A DNA stretch of 64,000 bases from Capsulimonadaceae bacterium (GTDB lineage Bacteria > Armatimonadota > Armatimonadia > Armatimonadales > Capsulimonadaceae). The first letter of the stretch is position 1. Each line of letters opens with the position of its first letter. Position numbers and translations under genes: made by a program. The stretch is taken from NCBI GenBank assembly GCA_965215505.1, contig OZ244065.1, positions 4,448,001-4,512,000 of the forward strand, written 5' to 3'. The notes under the pieces were generated by a model. It saw only the letters and a list, made by a program, of their open reading frames with translations. It was not told the DNA's origin and did not search any database. This document shows, piece by piece, positions 8,978 to 19,220 of the stretch.

Positions 8978-11900
8978 TCATTTCCCCCAGCCAAACTCCA
9001 GCTCGTTCGCCCAGTGTTCCAGCCAATCCACATGGAATGAGCCGTTACGCTTGGCGACGCTGCGCCCGCGCGACAGCTCCATCGTCCCCTCGCCCTTGTT
9101 GTCGTTGACACGGAAGCTGAACTTGACCGGCTGGCCCGCGTCCAGGCGCTTCTTGACGGCGGGCATCTCCGACCAAGGGATGCTGCACTCGACGATTCGC
9201 GTGGTGGCGTCGCGCGTCATCACCAGCCTGCCGCCTCTGACGGGGCCGTCTAAGGGAGAAGTCGGCTGGCGGGGGTAGAAGTGCTTCTGAGGCATTCCGG
9301 GGTAGGACAGCCGCCATATCTCCGTCCCGCCCCCGTACTGCGGCGCGACAAGGTTGAGCGCATACTCGTAGTCCGTGTCTTTATAGTTGGTGAAGCCCGC
9401 CATGACACCGGGCGGGTGGCTGTACCAGGGTTTCTCACTTGCCGGCAGGACGTTAAAGGCGATCTGGACGTTGTCGTGGGCGGGCGCATTGCCCGCCGGC
9501 AGCTCCGGGTCCTTGCGATAGGAGTAGCGGCGGACCGCGGCGGGCCAGGCCAGCGCCTGGGGCGCGTCCGTGTCTCCGGGCTTGACGGGGGCGGTCTGGG
9601 GCCTTTGCAGGCGGACGACGTCGCTGGTCGCGGGGTAGAAATACTCGTCATCGTCGCGCGTGGCGAAGCGGACGGTCCCGGCGTCGGGCGTCGCGTCGGC
9701 GACCTTGGCGGCGAAGTAGAAGTTTTTGTCGTCATACGCCAGGTACCCCGTCGCGAAGCCTGCGCCCACCGACGGGTCGAACGACTTGAACGGGAACCAG
9801 GCCGCCTCGGTCAGGCTGCGGGCGGCCTTGCCCGCCGTGACCGTCTGCGGAAGGACGCCCTTCCAGTCGTCCAAATTGCCGTCCACGGTGATCGTCCGGA
9901 GGGCGATGAGGTTGACGTGGATGTCCTCGGCGAGCTGCGCCCGGCCGTCCGCCCCCGCCTCAAACGTCGCGACGAACGGGTAGGTGTTGTCGGCGGTCGC
10001 TCGGCCCCCGAGAACGGGCAGCGACACCTCACGCGTCTCGTTCGGCCCCAGCGTCAGCGGGCCAGGCGCGCGGACGGACAGGCCGCCCAATGTCAGCCTC
10101 AGCCGGCCCGTGACGGCCCGGTTCAGCACGTTGGTCAGCGTCAGGCGCAGGGCGGGATGTGTCCCGACGGGCGCGAGCAGGTCGTGGGCGGCCAGGGCCA
10201 GCGGCTCGATGCCGAAGGTGTGCCCCGCCCGGAGGGCGCGCGTCAGGGCGGCGAACGAGCCGGGGGAGCCGTCCGCCCGCAGGAAGAAGCCGCGCCCATC
10301 AAGTGGCACGGTGATCTTGCCGCCGCGCGACGGGACGAGGTTGCCGTAGAAGTCATACAGGTGGAACCGCCCGCCGCCGTCGGCCAGCGTCAAAGTCGCG
10401 CCGCTCAGGGTCTCCGGCGTGTCTATCTGCGTCCGGATCTTCGCCCGGTCGGCGGCAGTTTGCCCCACGAGCCGCGCCCGTGGGGCGGCCTTGTGCGCCC
10501 GCTCGGCGAAGCCCCGCGCCGTGCGGAAGGGCAGGTTGTCCGCGCCGAACTCTTCCCCCAGATCGCCGACGATCACGGCCGTGCCGTCGTCAGGGTTCCG
10601 GTTCAAGCCGCCGAACAGCATCACCCAGGGCAGGCCGTTCTGGAAGAGCAGCCTGGAAAACGGGCGCTCGCCGAGGAAGTGCTGGCTCGCGCCGACCGAG
10701 GCCGCCGTGGACCAGGCGTGGACGAACGGGACGCGCTTCGTCTTGCCGCCTGGCAGGCGCATGTCGGCGTCGCCGCTGTCGCAGATGTTGCCCCCGAACA
10801 CCCCCATCGCGCGGTCGTAGCCCGCCGCCCGGTCGCCCGCCACCAGCGCGGCCACGCGGTCGTCGGTGTTGGCGACCCAGCTCTCCGTGTCCCAGATCTT
10901 GACCCGGCCATTCGGACTCTTCCGGTTCACCCAATCCTTGACCGTCGCCATCGAGGTCAGGCCTTGATAGTGGATCGAGAGGAAGTCGAATAGCGGCAGC
11001 ATCGCGTTCGTGCCGTCCGAGAACAGCTTGTCCATCGCGTTCGAGCTGGAGTCGCAGCCGCCGACCAGAACGCGCGCGCCGTCATGCCGGCGGGCCTCGG
11101 CGACCCCCCGGTACATGTGCGTGTACATCTCCCGGTAGCGCAGCATGTCCGCGCCCCAGCCGGAGATCGAGATGCCCTCCCAGGGTTCGTTCCAGAGCGA
11201 GACGGCGTTGATGGGGCCTTTGGGCCAGCCGAAATCGCGGGCGAACTGATACGTCCATTGCTGAAAATCATCGTCATAGGACGGCAGCCAGGCCAGGTCG
11301 AACTTCGTGTCCAGCATCACGCCCTTGTCGTCCAGCCACGGGCGTGGACGTCCGAGGGGCTGGGTCGGACTGAAGAACTCCCCGCCCCCAGCCATCAGCA
11401 GCACGGCGATGTCGGCCTCCTGATACCCCTTCAACTCGCGCCCCTTGTCGGCGTACCACTCGGCGAAATCGGGGTCCGTGGTCGGCTTGTAGCCGACGCC
11501 CCAGCGGATCGCGTGGACGTCGAGCCGCTTCAGTACCGGCAGCGGCAGGGCGTCCAGGCAGAACTTCGGGTACTGCACCCGCCGGGGCGTCGCGGCGAAG
11601 GTGCGGACGCACGAGGTCAAGAACCGCCGCCCTGCCGGCCCCAGGTCCACGACCAGCGCATAGCCGCCGAGGCGGGTTGGGATGGTCGGGCTGACCGTGA
11701 CGTCCGCGTAGCCGTGTGCGGGGACCTCCGCCGCCACTGGGACCGAGCCGGCCTGAGCGATCTTGAAGACGTGCGGCGTCCAGACGTCGCCCGGTGCCCC
11801 GCGCGTCCCGTAGGCGATGACCTCGACCCGACCCGCCCCGTTGATAACGTGGTCGCCGTCGTTGACGATCTGGAAGGTCCAGGTCGGCCTGTCGCCGGGC

Positions 11901-12091
11901 CACAGAATGTTGCCCGGCGCACTGCCCCCGATGATCTGCACCGTGTAGGCGGGGCGACCGGTCAGCCCAAAGGTCTCGGCGTAGCCGGGCATGGCCGCCC
12001 CCGTCACCATCTGCCCCCGGCCCGGCAGTGCGGGAAGCAGCAGCATCAGGGCGCAGAGCAGGCCGGCTAGGCGATAAGAGGCAGTCGGCAT
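8978..12091 (-). CDS. Large secreted glycoside-hydrolase-like protein with C-terminal CBM9/DOMON-like domain
   Basis: Signal peptide; WNEPW, LSIHY, IWDTESW (clan GH-A-like); ITVDGNLDDW and LAYDDKNFYFAAKV (CBM9-like). Confidence 0.7.
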   Translation of the reverse strand: MPTASYRLAGLLCALMLLLPALPGRGQMVTGAAMPGYAETFGLTGRPAYTVQIIGGSAPGNILWPGDRPTWTFQIVNDGDHVINGAGRVEVIAYGTRGAPGDVWTPHVFKIAQAGSVPVAAEVPAHGYADVTVSPTIPTRLGGYALVVDLGPAGRRFLTSCVRTFAATPRRVQYPKFCLDALPLPVLKRLDVHAIRWGVGYKPTTDPDFAEWYADKGRELKGYQEADIAVLLMAGGGEFFSPTQPLGRPRPWLDDKGVMLDTKFDLAWLPSYDDDFQQWTYQFARDFGWPKGPINAVSLWNEPWEGISISGWGADMLRYREMYTHMYRGVAEARRHDGARVLVGGCDSSSNAMDKLFSDGTNAMLPLFDFLSIHYQGLTSMATVKDWVNRKSPNGRVKIWDTESWVANTDDRVAALVAGDRAAGYDRAMGVFGGNICDSGDADMRLPGGKTKRVPFVHAWSTAASVGASQHFLGERPFSRLLFQNGLPWVMLFGGLNRNPDDGTAVIVGDLGEEFGADNLPFRTARGFAERAHKAAPRARLVGQTAADRAKIRTQIDTPETLSGATLTLADGGGRFHLYDFYGNLVPSRGGKITVPLDGRGFFLRADGSPGSFAALTRALRAGHTFGIEPLALAAHDLLAPVGTHPALRLTLTNVLNRAVTGRLRLTLGGLSVRAPGPLTLGPNETREVSLPVLGGRATADNTYPFVATFEAGADGRAQLAEDIHVNLIALRTITVDGNLDDWKGVLPQTVTAGKAARSLTEAAWFPFKSFDPSVGAGFATGYLAYDDKNFYFAAKVADATPDAGTVRFATRDDDEYFYPATSDVVRLQRPQTAPVKPGDTDAPQALAWPAAVRRYSYRKDPELPAGNAPAHDNVQIAFNVLPASEKPWYSHPPGVMAGFTNYKDTDYEYALNLVAPQYGGGTEIWRLSYPGMPQKHFYPRQPTSPLDGPVRGGRLVMTRDATTRIVECSIPWSEMPAVKKRLDAGQPVKFSFRVNDNKGEGTMELSRGRSVAKRNGSFHVDWLEHWANELEFGWGK

Positions 12092-12228
12092 GGGTTCCAA
12101 TCCTATCTCGCGTGTGATACAATGACTACAATGCAGTAGCCATGATAACACGGCGCGGGCGCCCTGTCAACCGAACGCGCCCCTTGTGTCACAACCTCTG
12201 TGACACTGTGACACAGCCAAACAAAACC

Positions 12229-14421
12229 ATGTCCAAAAAAACCTTTGCCCTCTGCGCCGCCCTGGTGATGGCCCTGATGCCTCTGCCGAGCCTGGCCCAA
12301 TCGCTGACCTACAGCACGTCCTGGATCGGCAACACGTTCGGCGGGAACCGGACGCCTGGCCAGCCACGAAAGCATGTGTCGCTGGCGACGGACGCGCTGT
12401 TCGTCGCGCCCGACGGCACCTGCTACACGAACACGTTCTGGGACGAGGACGGCGCGGAGGTCGCCTTCTACAAAGACGGCGATGTGCTGGGCAGCGCGGG
12501 CCACACCCACGGCTGGGGCTACGGCGGGGGTACGGAAGTCACCGCGAACGGCCGCTACCTCTTCTTCGCCCAGACCGTAGGCAGCGAAGGCGGCGGCCTG
12601 AAGGACGCGGGCACCTGGCCCGCTAAGGGCAAAGTCTGGTATGGGATCGCGCGCCGCACGCGCGACGGCCGCCCGGCACCGTTCTCCGGCGGCAAGGGCG
12701 GGGCGGGCGATACCCTGAAGCAAGGTTTCCTCCTCCTCGAAGAAGCGCCGGACGGGACGAACGCGGGTGTCGGCGGCCTGGCGGCGGACGAGACGCACCT
12801 CTACGTCAGCGACCCGGCAGCAGGCCGTGTCGAGGTCTATGACCCCAACACCATGGCGAAGACCGGCGGGTGGCCGCTGCCCCGGACCGGACGGATCGCG
12901 CTGGCCGCCGACGGGACTCTGTGGATCATCCAGCATGGCGCGGCGGCCGACAAGCCGCGCGTCGTCCATGTCACCCGTCAAGGGGCGCTGCTGCCTGGGG
13001 CGGTCACCGGCATCGCCGAGCCTGCGGCCCTCTGCTTCGACAGGCGTGGGCGGCTTCTGGTGGCGGACGGTGGTCCCGCCCAGCAGGTCCGCTTCTACGA
13101 TGTTCATGGTCCCCGGCCGCATTTCCTGGGGGCGCTCGGCTCGCCCGGCGGCATACTCGGGGGGCAGGCGGAGCAGGTCGGTCGCGACGGCCCGCTGCGC
13201 TTCAACCACCTCACCGGGGTCGGCTGCGACTCCCTGGGTGACATCTACGTCGCCTCGAACGGCTCGGTCGCGGGCGGCGGGACCGTCCTGGAGGGCTACA
13301 CGCCGGGCGGGGGACTCCGGTGGCGGCTGCTCGGCCTGGAGTTCATTGACTGCGCCGAGCCGGACCCGGCCTCCGAGACCGACGTCTACACCAAGGAAGA
13401 GCATTTCGTCACGGACTACGCCCGGCCCGCCGGTCATCAGTGGACGTACCAAGGCTACACCGTCAACCGCTTCAAGTACCCCGACGACCCGCGCCTGCAC
13501 ACCGGGGCGACCTCGGTGTTCGTCCGGCGCATCGCGGGCAAGCCCTTCCTGTTCACGACGGACATGTATTCGGCTGAACTGTCCGTGTTCCGGTTCCAGC
13601 CCGGCACGGACGGCGAAACAGCGGTCCCCGCGGCGATGTTCGCCAAGGGCCATTATGCGCCCGAGGACAAGTCGGTCTGGCCCGCCGCCCAGCCGGAGAA
13701 AGGCGAATGGCTCTGGCGTGACGCGGACGGCGACGGGAAGATGTCGGCGGGCGAGTTCGCGCAGCCCGGCACGGGCAAGGACGCGCCGAGCGGGTGGGGG
13801 TGGAGCGTGGACAGCCGGGGCGACGTCTGGCAGGCCTCGGACCGGGACGGCCTGCGCGAGTTCCCCTGCCTCGGCCTGGACGCGCACGGCGTCCCGCTTT
13901 ATTCCTATGCCTCCCTGAAGACGGCCCCGATGCCCGCGCCGTTCGTCGAGCTGTGCCGGGCCGAGTACGCCCCCGAAACCGACACGATGTTCCTGAGCGG
14001 CTACACGACCGAGCGCCCGCACAAGGGCGGCGAGTGGGGTACGGTGGGAACCGAAGTGGTCCGCTATGACCATTGGAGCCGGGGCGGGTCCCAGCCCGCA
14101 TTGCGGATCGCGCTGCCCTACGACGGCAAAAAAGACGCGCAGGTCTACATCAAGGCCATGTGCGTGGCCGGGGATTATGTGTTCGCCGCCGAGAGCCGCG
14201 ACCCGGAGCGCGTGTTTGTCTATGACGCGCGTACCGGCACTCTCCAGGGAACGATGCAGCCGGACGAGACGGTCGGCAGGAGCAGCGGCTGGGTGGACAC
14301 CCCCTACGGCATCCGTGCCGCCCGGCGCTCGAACGGCGAGTACCTGATCTTCGTGGAGGAAGACCTGGACGCCAAAGTGCTGCTGTACCGCTGGACGCCG
14401 CCCCTGCGCGCCGGGCGCTGA
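12229..14421 (+). CDS. Secreted beta-propeller (NHL/SMP-30-like) protein
   Basis: Signal peptide ending SLA-Q; repeats such as IALAADGTLWI, LCFDRRGRLLVADG, VGCDSLGDIYVA. Confidence 0.7.
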   Translation: MSKKTFALCAALVMALMPLPSLAQSLTYSTSWIGNTFGGNRTPGQPRKHVSLATDALFVAPDGTCYTNTFWDEDGAEVAFYKDGDVLGSAGHTHGWGYGGGTEVTANGRYLFFAQTVGSEGGGLKDAGTWPAKGKVWYGIARRTRDGRPAPFSGGKGGAGDTLKQGFLLLEEAPDGTNAGVGGLAADETHLYVSDPAAGRVEVYDPNTMAKTGGWPLPRTGRIALAADGTLWIIQHGAAADKPRVVHVTRQGALLPGAVTGIAEPAALCFDRRGRLLVADGGPAQQVRFYDVHGPRPHFLGALGSPGGILGGQAEQVGRDGPLRFNHLTGVGCDSLGDIYVASNGSVAGGGTVLEGYTPGGGLRWRLLGLEFIDCAEPDPASETDVYTKEEHFVTDYARPAGHQWTYQGYTVNRFKYPDDPRLHTGATSVFVRRIAGKPFLFTTDMYSAELSVFRFQPGTDGETAVPAAMFAKGHYAPEDKSVWPAAQPEKGEWLWRDADGDGKMSAGEFAQPGTGKDAPSGWGWSVDSRGDVWQASDRDGLREFPCLGLDAHGVPLYSYASLKTAPMPAPFVELCRAEYAPETDTMFLSGYTTERPHKGGEWGTVGTEVVRYDHWSRGGSQPALRIALPYDGKKDAQVYIKAMCVAGDYVFAAESRDPERVFVYDARTGTLQGTMQPDETVGRSSGWVDTPYGIRAARRSNGEYLIFVEEDLDAKVLLYRWTPPLRAGR

Positions 14422-14496
14422 CATGGCACGATCTTCGTGGCACGATGTATGCAGTGGGGTATCATAAGAGTCGTGCGACTGAAAGGAAATCGAAAC

Positions 14497-16692
14497 GTGT
14501 CTTTGTTACCAACATGCCGGGCAGCGCGCCGGGCAGGGCGTCTGGTCCCGCTGCTGGCCGCCCTCGCACTGGGAGGCTCAATCGCCGCCCGCGCCGACGA
14601 GGCGAAACCCTTCCTGCACCCGCTTTTCACCGACGACATGGTCTTGCAGCGGGGCGTCGCCGACCCCATCTGGGGCTGGACCACGCCCGGCAACCCCGTC
14701 AACGTCTCCCTGAATGGCCAGGCGACGCGCGTCATCGCGGGGCCGGACGGCAAATGGGTGGCGAAGATCGGCCCGTTCAAAGCGGGCGGCCCGTACACCC
14801 TGACCGTCAAGGGGCCGCAGTCGGTCACTCTGAAAAACATTCTGATTGGCGACGTGTGGCTCTGCTCGGGCCAATCCAACATGGAGTTCGGCGTGGGCAA
14901 CCTCACGAACGCGAGGGAAGAGATCGCCGGCTCGAACCACCCCGACATCCGACTGTTCACCGTCGCCCGCGCCACCTCGCAGACGCCGCTCGCGCTGCCC
15001 GTGGGCCGGTGGCAGGTCTGCGGGCCGAAGACCATCACCGAGGGCCAGTGGAACGGCTTCAGCGCCGTCGGCTACTTCTTCGGGCGCGGACTGGAGAAGG
15101 ACCTGCACGTCCCCATCGGCCTGATCCACACCTCCTGGGGCGGCACGCCCGCCGAGGCCTGGACCAGCGCGGAAGCCCTGGCACCCCTGCCGGACTTCGC
15201 CCCGGTCGTCACCGCCTTGCAGCAGGCGCGGCAGGACCCCAACGGGTTCGGCAAGACGACCGACGCCTGGTACGCCAAGCACGACCCCGGCTCCAAAGAC
15301 AAAACATGGGCCGACGCCGACCTCAGCACGACGGACTGGCAGCCGATCACGGAGCCGGTCGCGTTCCAGAAGTCCGGCATCGCCGAGCTTTCCGGCACCA
15401 ACGACGTCGTCTGGCTGCGCCGCGAGTTCGACCTGCCCGTCGCCTGGGCCGGCAAGGACCTGACGCTCCACCTAGGCCCCATAGACGACCGCGACACCAC
15501 CTACATCAACGGGACCGCCGTCGGCGGCCTGAACGACCCGGCCGCGCCGCGCGATTACAAGGTCCCCGCCGCCCTGCTGAAGCCGGGCCGGAACGTCCTC
15601 GCCGTCCGCGTCCTGGACACCGGCGGCGCGAACGACACCGGCGGGCTGACCGGCAAGGCCGACGCGCTCCGGGTCGAGGCCGTGGGCGACCCGACGCCCG
15701 CCGTCTCATTGGCAGGGCCGTGGCTGGTCAAGGTCGGGGCACCGATCCCCGCCGACGACCCCGCCCCGGTCGTGCCGGGCAGCGACCAGAACACGCCCAC
15801 GATCCTCTACAACGGCATGGTGAACCCGCTGATCCCCTTCGGCATCAAGGGCGCGATCTGGTATCAGGGCGAGTCGAACGCGGGTCGCGGCAAGCAGTAC
15901 CAGGCCCTCCTGCCCGCCCTGATCGGCGACTGGCGCAAGCGATTCGGGTCGGGCGACTTCCCGTTCCTCGTCGTCCAGCTCGCGAACTATGACCCCCACC
16001 TCGCCGACCACACCCAGCCCGGCGAGTCCGGATGGGCCGAAGTGCGCGAGGCGCAGCTCCTGACGGCGGAACACCTGACGAGGGTAGGGCTGGCCGTCAC
16101 CGACGACATCGGCGACGCGGGCGACATCCACCCGAAGAACAAGCAGGAGGTGGGCCACCGCCTGGCCCTCGCCGCCGAGGCCATCGCCTACGACAAGCCG
16201 GTCGAGTACGGCGGGCCGCTTTACCAGAGCATGACCGTCGAGGGCGGCAAGGTCCGCCTGAAGTTCACGCACCTCGGCGGCGGCCTGGTCGCCAAGCCCC
16301 TGGACCTCGGCGCACCCCTGGTCAAGAACGCCGAGGCGGCTAAGGACGCCGTCCCCGCCCCCGTCCAGGCCGCCAAGACCGCCGAGGCCGTGGGCGCGGC
16401 AAAAGCCGTGAAGGCCGCCGAGGCGGCCAACGTCACCGCGAAAAGTCCCGCCGAGAAGACGCCCGAAAAGGCCCCGGAGAAGGCTACCGAGAAGCTGCTC
16501 GGCTTCGCCGTGGCGGGCGCGGACGGCGCATTCGTCTGGGCGGACGCCCGCGTGGACGGCGACACCGTCGTCGTCTCCTCACCGACCGTGCCGCAGCCGA
16601 CGGACGTCCGCTACGGCTGGGCAGATAGCCCGGTCTGCAACCTCTACAACAAGGCCGGCCTGCCCGCCCCGCCGTTCCGAACGGGGAAATAA
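14497..16692 (+). CDS. Sialate O-acetylesterase (SGNH) with inserted beta-sandwich domain
   Basis: GDVWLCSGQSNM, WGGTPAEAW, WYQGESN, DIHPKNK; GTG start after AAAGGA. Confidence 0.92.
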   Translation: MSLLPTCRAARRAGRLVPLLAALALGGSIAARADEAKPFLHPLFTDDMVLQRGVADPIWGWTTPGNPVNVSLNGQATRVIAGPDGKWVAKIGPFKAGGPYTLTVKGPQSVTLKNILIGDVWLCSGQSNMEFGVGNLTNAREEIAGSNHPDIRLFTVARATSQTPLALPVGRWQVCGPKTITEGQWNGFSAVGYFFGRGLEKDLHVPIGLIHTSWGGTPAEAWTSAEALAPLPDFAPVVTALQQARQDPNGFGKTTDAWYAKHDPGSKDKTWADADLSTTDWQPITEPVAFQKSGIAELSGTNDVVWLRREFDLPVAWAGKDLTLHLGPIDDRDTTYINGTAVGGLNDPAAPRDYKVPAALLKPGRNVLAVRVLDTGGANDTGGLTGKADALRVEAVGDPTPAVSLAGPWLVKVGAPIPADDPAPVVPGSDQNTPTILYNGMVNPLIPFGIKGAIWYQGESNAGRGKQYQALLPALIGDWRKRFGSGDFPFLVVQLANYDPHLADHTQPGESGWAEVREAQLLTAEHLTRVGLAVTDDIGDAGDIHPKNKQEVGHRLALAAEAIAYDKPVEYGGPLYQSMTVEGGKVRLKFTHLGGGLVAKPLDLGAPLVKNAEAAKDAVPAPVQAAKTAEAVGAAKAVKAAEAANVTAKSPAEKTPEKAPEKATEKLLGFAVAGADGAFVWADARVDGDTVVVSSPTVPQPTDVRYGWADSPVCNLYNKAGLPAPPFRTGK

Positions 16693-16706
16693 TCACACCG
16701 CATCGT

Positions 16707-16732
16707 GTAGGGGCGAACCTTGTGTTCGCCCT
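16707..16732 (+). repeat. GTAG-type REP palindrome
   Basis: GTAGGGGCGAACCTTGTGTTCGCCCT, identical to the copy at 26781; lies between convergent genes. Confidence 0.8.
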
Positions 16733-16764
16733 TCTTTCCCCTCCCGTCTTTCCTTTCCCTGCCC

Positions 16765-17730
16765 TTATCTTCCTTCGCTTCGCCCCGCCTCCAGACTCTC
16801 CCGCTCTGCCTCGCTCATCTCCAGCCCGACCGCCATCACGCTGTCCTGTAGCTGCTCCACGGTGCGCGGGCCGACCACCGCCGCGCCGCCGCAGGGATGG
16901 TTCAGGAGATACGCCAGCGCGACGGCGTTAGCCGAAACCCCACGCTCCTCGGCCATCTGCCGGACGCGCTCCCAGCGGCTCGCGTTGACCTCGCTGTGGT
17001 ACAGCGCGTATTTGCCATCGGCGGGGTCATACGGGTGCGCGAAGAAGCCGCCCGCCTGTGGCGAGAAGGGGATCACTTTCAGACGCGCCGCGCAGTAATA
17101 CTTTAGTGCCTCGGCGTCCATGTGCAGTGAGTCGTACCATTGTCCCTGCACCACGTTCGGGACGGCCAGGCTCCAGCCGATCTGGCTGGCGACAAAGCCG
17201 CTCAGTCGGTGCGCTTCGGCATACTCCGCCGCCGCTTGGAGGCGCGCAGGCTGCCAGTTGGATGCGCCGGGGGCATGGATCCGGCCTGCCGCTTGGTGTT
17301 CGTTCAGCGCCTCTAGTATCTCGCCGACCGGCACGGCGGGGTCATCCCGGTGCAGCCAGTAGAGGTCTGTGTGACTCGTCCCCAGCCGCTCCAAGCTCTC
17401 CGAGATGTCACGGCTCAGATCCTCGGGCCGCAGGCGTGACCGCTCCATCGTCTCCAAACGGGGGTGACCGCCCTTCGTCGCCATCGCGAATTCGTTCCGG
17501 ACGCCGCGCGTCCGCAGCCACTCGCCCACGGTCCGCTCACTCGCCCCATGTCCGTTTGGCAGCCAGTCGGCGTAGACGTGGGCGGTGTCCAGGAAACTGC
17601 CGCCCGCCTCGGCGAAGGCGTCCAGCAAGGCAAACGACTCATCGCGCGTGTAAGCCGACCCGTAGTTCGCCGTGCCGAGACAGAGGACGGAGAGGGGCTG
17701 CTTGATGCCTGGAAGCGTGAAGTAGTTCAT
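16765..17730 (-). CDS. Aldo/keto reductase
   Basis: LCLGT, FLDTAHVY, ATKGG, SLERLGT..DLYWLHRDD. Confidence 0.92.
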   Translation of the reverse strand: MNYFTLPGIKQPLSVLCLGTANYGSAYTRDESFALLDAFAEAGGSFLDTAHVYADWLPNGHGASERTVGEWLRTRGVRNEFAMATKGGHPRLETMERSRLRPEDLSRDISESLERLGTSHTDLYWLHRDDPAVPVGEILEALNEHQAAGRIHAPGASNWQPARLQAAAEYAEAHRLSGFVASQIGWSLAVPNVVQGQWYDSLHMDAEALKYYCAARLKVIPFSPQAGGFFAHPYDPADGKYALYHSEVNASRWERVRQMAEERGVSANAVALAYLLNHPCGGAAVVGPRTVEQLQDSVMAVGLEMSEAERESLEAGRSEGR

Positions 17731-18116
17731 TAGGTTGTTCCCGTCCCGCCCGGCAGGCGTCGGCGTCGGTCCGCCCAGCGCCAGAGCGGGGCAGCCAAGA
17801 AAGCACCCGCCATCAGGCTCGGGCCGAGCCAGGCCAGGACCGAGTGCGGCAGCGGCAAATAATGGCCGATGAAGGAGTCGCAGTAGGCCGAGCCGGGCGC
17901 GTCCCAGTTCCGCAGGCCCTGCTCCCAGCGCGTCAGCGGACACTCGCCCCACAGGACGTTGGCGGCGATCACGACGGCCAGCAGCGCATAGTAGGCCCGT
18001 TCCCAGCGCGGGCGACGGCGCAGAAGCCCCAGCATCGCCGCGAGTGCGCCTAGGGCCACTACAGCCACGAGCAGCCCGTGCGTGACGGCGACGAGATCGG
18101 CAAGCCACAGGAACAT
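17730..18116 (-). CDS. DUF2784-like membrane protein
   Basis: LADLVAVTH, CPLTRWEQGLR, SFIGHY; hydrophobic. Confidence 0.75.
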   Translation of the reverse strand: MFLWLADLVAVTHGLLVAVVALGALAAMLGLLRRRPRWERAYYALLAVVIAANVLWGECPLTRWEQGLRNWDAPGSAYCDSFIGHYLPLPHSVLAWLGPSLMAGAFLAAPLWRWADRRRRLPGGTGTT

Positions 18117-18144
18117 TGTTTCCCCCTCCGGCAGCCGGTTACAT

Positions 18145-19149
18145 CTAACCCGCTTTCGGCGTCACCCACGCCTCTTGTTTCGCCCCCTCGTACATCGCCT
18201 CCATCACCGCGCTCCGGTAGGCCGCCTCGCGGACGCCGACCAGGGCCGCATCCTTTTGGCCGCCCAGCGCGTTCAGGAACGAGTCCAGGCCCGCCGGGAT
18301 ATTGGGCGGCAGGTCCGTCCAGGGCTGCTTGCCGTCCGCGCCCGGAACGTGCTTGCTGCGGAAATAGAGCTGCCCGTTCAGCACCATCGCGTGGCCTTCC
18401 GTCCCGCTGACCAGCAGGCTGACCGGGTCCGCCACGTCGTCCCAGGCGGCGGCCAGCGTCCCGATGGTCCCATTCACGAACCGCATCAGCCCCTCGCCAG
18501 TCTCGTCGCAGCCGTCATAGGCGTCCGTGCCCGCGTCGAGCTGGGCGGTCACGGTCGTCACGTCCCCCAGGAGCCAAAGCAGGATGTCCAGCGAGTGCGT
18601 CCCCAGGTCGCCGAACGCGCCCACGCCCGCGATCTTCGGGTCCGCCATCCAGCGCCACTCCGTGTCGAACCACCGCCCCAAGGCCCCGCTGTGGCAGTTG
18701 GAACCCCGGACGCGCGTGATCTTGCCGAACGCGCCCTGTGCGATCTGCTCTTTCAAATAGATGTTTTTGGCGTCCCCGCGCTGGAAATAGCCGGTCTGGT
18801 ACAGCACGCCCGCCTTCTCGATGGCGTCCGCCATGCGGTAGGCGTCCTCGGAGCCGAAGCCGAGCGGCTTCTCGACAAACAGATGCTTCCCCGCCGCTGC
18901 TGCGGGCAGGACGACCTGTTCATGCAGGTTCGTCTCGGTGCAGACGATCAGGGCCTCGATCTCCGGGTCGGCCAGCAGCGCGCCCATGTCGGCGGCGACG
19001 GCGGCCCCCAATTCGGCGGCCCGTTTGGCGGCCCGCGCCGGGTCGTGATCCCAGACGCTCTTGCACTGGACATCGGGACGGCCCTTGATGGTGTTGATAA
19101 AGCCGGGCGTGTGGATGTGCGCGCACCCGGCAAAGGCGACTGTGGTCAT
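18145..19149 (-). CDS. Gfo/Idh/MocA family oxidoreductase
   Basis: GKHLFVEKP, GAFGDLGTHSLD. Confidence 0.92.
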   Translation of the reverse strand: MTTVAFAGCAHIHTPGFINTIKGRPDVQCKSVWDHDPARAAKRAAELGAAVAADMGALLADPEIEALIVCTETNLHEQVVLPAAAAGKHLFVEKPLGFGSEDAYRMADAIEKAGVLYQTGYFQRGDAKNIYLKEQIAQGAFGKITRVRGSNCHSGALGRWFDTEWRWMADPKIAGVGAFGDLGTHSLDILLWLLGDVTTVTAQLDAGTDAYDGCDETGEGLMRFVNGTIGTLAAAWDDVADPVSLLVSGTEGHAMVLNGQLYFRSKHVPGADGKQPWTDLPPNIPAGLDSFLNALGGQKDAALVGVREAAYRSAVMEAMYEGAKQEAWVTPKAG

Positions 19150-19220
19150 GGAGGTTCATCCCTTCAAGAATGTTACTCCTCACTATCCGCCGCGCGGCGC
19201 GGAAAGTCCTGCCTCTATTT

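Noticed and set aside
12103-14424. Long antisense ORFs (e.g. 773 aa here; also 34774..36696, 50004..52079, 55909..57759)
   Set aside because: They are shadows of real genes on the opposite strand, as expected in high-GC DNA, and carry no recognisable motifs.
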